From Candidatus Zixiibacteriota bacterium (GTDB taxonomy: Bacteria; Zixibacteria; MSB-5A5; JAABVY01), in assembly GCA_011777135.1 (NCBI GenBank), contig JAABVY010000363.1, positions 1 through 27,071 of the forward strand: DNA of 27,071 nucleotides, written 5' to 3'. Below are positions 22,344 through 27,071 of this stretch, one piece after another. Position numbers and translations under genes: made by a program. Positions within the stretch are counted from its first letter, which is position 1. Each line of letters begins with the position of its first letter. The notes under the pieces are model-generated. The model was given only the letters and a program-made list of their open reading frames with translations, was not told the origin of the DNA and did not search any database.

Positions 22344-24223
22344 TTTTTGCAGAGAAACCCAAAAAGATCAGGGTAATGTTCACACCCTTCCGCGACGGCC
22401 TTCAGAGCTCATTCGGCGGAAAAGTCAGACTTCACGATTTCCTTCCCGCCATGGAAGAATCGGCGAAAGCCGGAATCAAGCATTTTGAATTCGGCGGAGG
22501 AGCAAGGTTTCAGGCGCCCTATTTTTATCTGGGCGAGGATCCCTTTATCGATATGCAGAAAATGCGCGAGGCGGTCGGCCCGGAATGCGACCTGCAGATT
22601 TTGACCAGGTCGGTCTCGGGTGTCACGCTGACCACGCAATCAATCGAAGGTTTGAGATTACAGGCCAGGCTGATGAAGAAATACGGCACCACCTGGGACC
22701 GCAACTTCGATTACATGAACGACATCAGGAATCTCGTCAACACAGGCAAACCGATAGTCGAAGCAGGCATGCATCATCAATGCTGCATAGCCCTGATGGG
22801 CCTGCCATTCAAGTCGGACAAGGTGCATACGCCGCAATTCTATTTCGATATCGGCAAGAAGCTGTTGGAGAGCGATGTGCAGATCGACAGCCTCTGCCTG
22901 AAAGATGCCAGCGGTACCACCGATCCGAAGACAATTTATGAAACAGCCAAGATGCTCAAGAAGATCATGCCGCCGGAGATGCCGCTCTGGATGCATACGC
23001 ACGACACCGGCAGTCTGGCTGTGGCCTGCTATATGGCCGGTATTGCCGCAGGTGTTGACGGTATCGACCTGTCCTGCCGTCCAATGGCCAGCGGCACTGT
23101 CCAGCCGGATGTGCGCTCGATGGCTCATTCACTTAAAGGAACAGGCTACTCCCTTGATGTCGATGAGACCAAGATGCCAAAGATCGAGAGTATGCTTAGC
23201 GAACTGATGAAAGATTACAATTTCAATCCCACCACAACCATGGCCGACGCCCGTGTGCTGGGCTTCCCGATGCCCGGCGGTGCTATCGGGCCAAATGTGC
23301 ACATGATGGCAAAGGCGGGAATTATCGACAAATATTCGGAAGTTCTGGAGGAATTCCCGGTTGTTGTTGAGGCCGGAGGTGCATGGACCTCGGTCACTCC
23401 GGGAAGCCAGCAGTACTGGCTGCAGGCTTTTAACAATGTTCTCTATGGGCGCTGGAAAAAGATCGACGCCGGATTTGGCAAAGCGGTTCTTGGATACTTC
23501 GGTAAAACCCCGCTTCCTCCCGATCCGAACGTGATCAAAATAGCTGAGGAACAGCTTGAACTTCCGCCCATAGACGGCGATCCGCTAGAGGCAGCCCCCA
23601 AGAATATGAGGGTCGCCAAGGAGGCGCTGGAAGAGAGAAACCTCGAAGTCAGCGACCACAACACATTCCTGGTGCTGGCGGCTATGGTACCGGGCAAGAA
23701 GATGGAACTCAATGAGGGTATACGTCTTTTGACCGGCAGGCCCAAGATCGATATCCCTCTCAAGACCAAAGATGAAGAAGAGGATAAAAAGGAAAAGAAA
23801 GAAGAAGTACGCAGCCGCTTGACCCAGCAAGCCGGAGCAGTGCCCGCTTCCACAGGTCCCCTGACCACACAATGCACTGTGGAAGAGAACGGCAAGCGCC
23901 GGGTGTTCCGGATTACCATGGAACCCGCCGCTGCCGCCTCAGGCAGTGGGACTGCCACTGCAAGCGCCGCCAAACCGGCCGAGGCGGCTCCCACTGAATC
24001 GAACGGCACGCCGATCTATTCATCCTTTGCGGGTTCGGTCGAGATTGTCGATATCATGGTGAATGTCGGCGATCAGGTGACGAAAGGCCAGATAGTGGCA
24101 GCGGTCGAGGCTATGAAAGCCAAACATGATATAAAATCTCCCGTTGATGGAAAAGTGGCTAGCATAAATGCCCAGATTGGAGACGAACTGGATTCATCCA
24201 AACCGATCATGACAATTTCATAA
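22340..24223 (+). CDS. oadA: Biotin-dependent carboxyltransferase + biotinyl domain (oxaloacetate decarboxylase alpha-like, divergent)
   Basis: FRDGLQS, LKDASG, HTHDT, MPGG, SVTP, Ala/Pro linker, biotin site EAMK; true start ATG 22340 (627 aa). Confidence 0.85.
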   Translation: MIFAEKPKKIRVMFTPFRDGLQSSFGGKVRLHDFLPAMEESAKAGIKHFEFGGGARFQAPYFYLGEDPFIDMQKMREAVGPECDLQILTRSVSGVTLTTQSIEGLRLQARLMKKYGTTWDRNFDYMNDIRNLVNTGKPIVEAGMHHQCCIALMGLPFKSDKVHTPQFYFDIGKKLLESDVQIDSLCLKDASGTTDPKTIYETAKMLKKIMPPEMPLWMHTHDTGSLAVACYMAGIAAGVDGIDLSCRPMASGTVQPDVRSMAHSLKGTGYSLDVDETKMPKIESMLSELMKDYNFNPTTTMADARVLGFPMPGGAIGPNVHMMAKAGIIDKYSEVLEEFPVVVEAGGAWTSVTPGSQQYWLQAFNNVLYGRWKKIDAGFGKAVLGYFGKTPLPPDPNVIKIAEEQLELPPIDGDPLEAAPKNMRVAKEALEERNLEVSDHNTFLVLAAMVPGKKMELNEGIRLLTGRPKIDIPLKTKDEEEDKKEKKEEVRSRLTQQAGAVPASTGPLTTQCTVEENGKRRVFRITMEPAAAASGSGTATASAAKPAEAAPTESNGTPIYSSFAGSVEIVDIMVNVGDQVTKGQIVAAVEAMKAKHDIKSPVDGKVASINAQIGDELDSSKPIMTIS

Positions 24224-24233
24224 GGGCGGTGCA

Positions 24234-25361
24234 ATGGACACTATCATAGAACTGCTGCGGGAGTCGGGATTCGCCAATCTATCCTGGGGTAACTGGGTTA
24301 TGTACGCGGTTGCCGGGATTTTGATATATCTGGCTATTGCCAAGGAATACGAGCCGCTGCTTTTGATCCCAATCGGTTTCGGGATAATACTCGCGAATCT
24401 TCCCCTGGCAGATATGGGATCATATGGCGATGGTATCATAGCTCTCATCTATAAGACAGGTATCAAAACAGAACTGCTTCCGCCTATAATATTTCTTGGA
24501 GTGGGAGTCTTAACAGACTTCCGGCCACTTCTGGGACGTCCGATAACGTTTTTATTAGGCGCCGCGGCGCAGCTTGGAATCTTTATCGCCGCGCTGGGAG
24601 CGGCATACCTCTTAGGATTCAATTTCAGGGAGGCGGCCTCGATTGGAATTATCGGCGGAGCTGACGGTCCGACCTCGATCTTCCTTTCCAGCCAGCTTGC
24701 TCCGCATCTGCTGGGACCGATCGCGGTGGCGGCCTACAGCTACATGTCGCTGGTGCCGATCATCCAGCCCCCGATCATGCGCATGCTGACAACTAAAAAA
24801 GAACGCGGCATCGATATGCCCCAGGCCAAGCCGGTTTCACAGACTGCGGCAATTTTATTTCCAATAATAACAGGCATTCTGGCAATATTAGCAATACCCT
24901 CAAGTGCGCCTCTTCTGGGCATGTTGATGTTCGGTAATCTCCTGCGTGAATGTGGCGTTACCGACAGGTTGCGCAAGACCGCAGGTGGAGCATTGATCGA
25001 TATCGTGACGCTCTTTCTGGGTATCTCTGTCGGGGCGACAATGGGCGCAGAAAGTTTTCTGTCACTGAGCACCCTGAAGATACTGGTCTTGGGAGCATTC
25101 GCATTTGCCTTCAGCACAATGGGCGGCGTCATCTTTGCCAAGATCATTAACCTGTTTCTTTCATCAGATAAGAAGATCAATCCTTGTGTGGGTGCGGCGG
25201 GTGTCTCGGCTGTGCCCATGGCCGCAAGGGTGGTCCAGAAATTTGTTTCCGAACAGACAGACGGCCGGGTGAATCCATTAATGCCCGCTATGGGGCCAAA
25301 CGTGGCGGGCGTCATCGGCTCAGCCGTAGCAGCCGGTATCTTCCTGAGCCTGCTTGGATAA
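24234..25361 (+). CDS. oadB: Sodium ion-translocating decarboxylase beta subunit
   Basis: YEPLLLIPIGFG, GAAAQLGIF, IGIIGGADGPTSIF, AAYSYMSLVPIIQPP, AGVSAVPMAARV, GPNVAGVIGS. Confidence 0.95.
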   Translation: MDTIIELLRESGFANLSWGNWVMYAVAGILIYLAIAKEYEPLLLIPIGFGIILANLPLADMGSYGDGIIALIYKTGIKTELLPPIIFLGVGVLTDFRPLLGRPITFLLGAAAQLGIFIAALGAAYLLGFNFREAASIGIIGGADGPTSIFLSSQLAPHLLGPIAVAAYSYMSLVPIIQPPIMRMLTTKKERGIDMPQAKPVSQTAAILFPIITGILAILAIPSSAPLLGMLMFGNLLRECGVTDRLRKTAGGALIDIVTLFLGISVGATMGAESFLSLSTLKILVLGAFAFAFSTMGGVIFAKIINLFLSSDKKINPCVGAAGVSAVPMAARVVQKFVSEQTDGRVNPLMPAMGPNVAGVIGSAVAAGIFLSLLG

Positions 25362-25374
25362 GTAAAGTTATAGT

Positions 25375-25427
25375 TCCGTCAGGTCCTGATCCCGATAAAA
25401 TAGAGATTGTGACCTGGCGGATTTTTT
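25375..25427 (+). terminator. Large-loop terminator-like hairpin after oadB
   Basis: TCCGTCAGGTC-N25-GACCTGGCGGA followed by TTTTTT. Confidence 0.55.
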
Positions 25428-25552
25428 CAGGTATCCTACAAATATCGCAAACTTGTCAATTTTATCCACGTATTCCAATAATGTTTTTATTCAAGGGCGA
25501 AAGCTGTTAATTTTCAACAAATTGCGTCGACCGAATTATTTGCCTAAAATGC

Positions 25553-25581
25553 TTGACAAAGAGTTGGGCAAATCATTTATT
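25553..25581 (+). promoter_or_regulatory. Candidate sigma70 promoter for maeB
   Basis: TTGACA-N17-TTTATT. Confidence 0.45.
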
Positions 25582-25629
25582 GGCGCTTTGATTTGAGGTG
25601 AAATACTCATTTTTTGAGGAGATGATCAA

Positions 25630-27071
25630 GTGATTAAGAAACAGGAAGCGCTGGATTATCATAGCAAGGGACGCAAGGGTAAGATCGAGGTCATACCCTC
25701 CAAGCCGACCAAGACCCAGCGCGATCTATCTATGGCCTACACCCCCGGTGTTGCCGAGCCATGTTTGAAAATTAAAGACAACCCGGATGATGTTTATGAA
25801 TATACCGCCAAGGGCAACCTTGTTGCGGTCGTGTCCAACGGTACTGCTGTACTGGGACTCGGAAATATCGGAGCTGCCGCCGGTAAGCCTGTTATGGAGG
25901 GCAAGGGCGTGCTCTTTAAAAGGTTCGCTGATGTCGATGTATTCGACATCGAAGTCGACAGCCAGGATCCCGAAGAAGTAATCAAAGTCTGCAAGCTCCT
26001 GGAGCCGACATTCGGCGGGATCAACCTCGAGGATATCAAAGCACCGGAATGTTTTGAGATCGAGGAGCGACTGAAAAAGGAACTGGATATCCCGGTATTT
26101 CATGATGACCAGCATGGCACTGCAATTATATCAGGCGCTGCCCTGGTTAATGCTCTTGAACTTGTTGAAAAAGATATCAAGGATGTCAAGTGTGTCTTCC
26201 TCGGAGCCGGTGCCGCCGGTGTCGCCTGTGCTAACCTGTATATCGCGCTGGGCATGAATCCCGATAATATTCTCATGGCTGATTCCAAGGGTGTGATCTA
26301 CAAGGGACGTACCGAAGGAATGAACAAATATAAAGAGCAGTTTGCGCGTGAGACCGATCGCCGTACGCTTGAAGATGCTATGGAAGGCGCTGATGTTTTC
26401 TGCGGTGTGGCTGTCAAGGATATGGTTACAAAAGATATGGTCAAGTCAATGGCAAAGAATGCAATCATCTTCGCCATGGCCAATCCCGATCCGGAAATTC
26501 TTCCCGAGGATGCCTTCGATGCACGCAAAGACATTATCATGGCAACAGGACGTTCCGACTATCCCAACCAGGTCAACAATGTGCTGGGATTCCCGTTCAT
26601 CTTCCGTGGAGCTCTCGATGTGCATGCGCGCGCTATCAACATGGAAATGAAACTGGCTGCTTCCAACGCTCTGGCTAATCTGGCCAAGACTGATGTTCCT
26701 GATGCAGTTGCCCGTGCTTATGGAGGTATTCATTTCAAATTCGGCCCGGAATATATCATTCCCAAGCCGTTCGATCCAAGGATTCTCGTATGGGAAGCCT
26801 CGGCAGTCGCCCAGGCTGCCATGGAAACAGGTGTGGCCAGAAAACAGATCGATATCGAGAAGTATAAGGAAGAACTTCACGACCGCTTTGGATTCGGACA
26901 TCAGCTTTCGCGTCGAATCATGAGCAAGGCCCGCACAAAACCCAAGAAAATCGTATTCCCGGAGGGTGCCAACGAGAAAATCCTGCGCGCTGCACGTCAG
27001 ATTGTAGATGAAAGAATCGGCACTCCCATCCTGCTGGGAAGGCGTGAGTCTATCGAGAAGCTGGCAGGCAA
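25630..27071 (+). CDS. maeB: NADP-dependent malic enzyme with C-terminal PTA-like domain, 3'-truncated by window edge (not in ORF track)
   Basis: GAGGAG RBS, GTG start; ALDYH...[66 protein letters not shown], then KIVFPEG of the PTA-like domain. Confidence 0.95.
   Translation, partial: MIKKQEALDYHSKGRKGKIEVIPSKPTKTQRDLSMAYTPGVAEPCLKIKDNPDDVYEYTAKGNLVAVVSNGTAVLGLGNIGAAAGKPVMEGKGVLFKRFADVDVFDIEVDSQDPEEVIKVCKLLEPTFGGINLEDIKAPECFEIEERLKKELDIPVFHDDQHGTAIISGAALVNALELVEKDIKDVKCVFLGAGAAGVACANLYIALGMNPDNILMADSKGVIYKGRTEGMNKYKEQFARETDRRTLEDAMEGADVFCGVAVKDMVTKDMVKSMAKNAIIFAMANPDPEILPEDAFDARKDIIMATGRSDYPNQVNNVLGFPFIFRGALDVHARAINMEMKLAASNALANLAKTDVPDAVARAYGGIHFKFGPEYIIPKPFDPRILVWEASAVAQAAMETGVARKQIDIEKYKEELHDRFGFGHQLSRRIMSKARTKPKKIVFPEGANEKILRAARQIVDERIGTPILLGRRESIEKLAG

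Noticed and set aside
23920-24000. GC-rich low-complexity stretch in oadA
   Set aside because: Encodes the usual Ala/Pro linker before the biotinyl domain.
1-27071. The many 60-190 aa ORFs in the track that overlap assigned genes (e.g. 7947-8510, 8554-9117, 5375-5992, 23443-24009, 24740-25315)
   Set aside because: Antisense or off-frame shadows of well-supported genes, with no motifs or RBS.

Overview
Mostly a bacterial housekeeping and central-metabolism window with no CRISPR array, rRNA, intact tRNA, transposase or integrase that I can support. In order: the 3' end of agmatinase; DUF302 and an orphan MalK/MsmX-type ATPase (minus strand); PMM/PGM; a double-receiver response regulator; a mixed run of aconitase, gcvT, comB, a secreted TPR protein and a BatA/vWA membrane protein; an ABC-F ATPase and a flavodoxin-like protein; then CBS protein, acetolactate-synthase-like ThDP enzyme and succinate-semialdehyde dehydrogenase, which looks like the cyanobacterial-type 2-oxoglutarate decarboxylase/SSADH TCA bypass. 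An accessory block at about 18.5-22 kb holds two tandem beta-propeller lipoproteins with a nearly identical 155-bp RBS+leader module, small ORFs, a candidate structured RNA and an orphan Flp pilin behind a sigma54-type promoter. The window ends with a Na+-translocating decarboxylase operon (oadG/A/B, divergent alpha subunit, structured leader) and the 5' part of maeB. All calls come from motif recognition and manual inspection; no database searches or folding programs were run.
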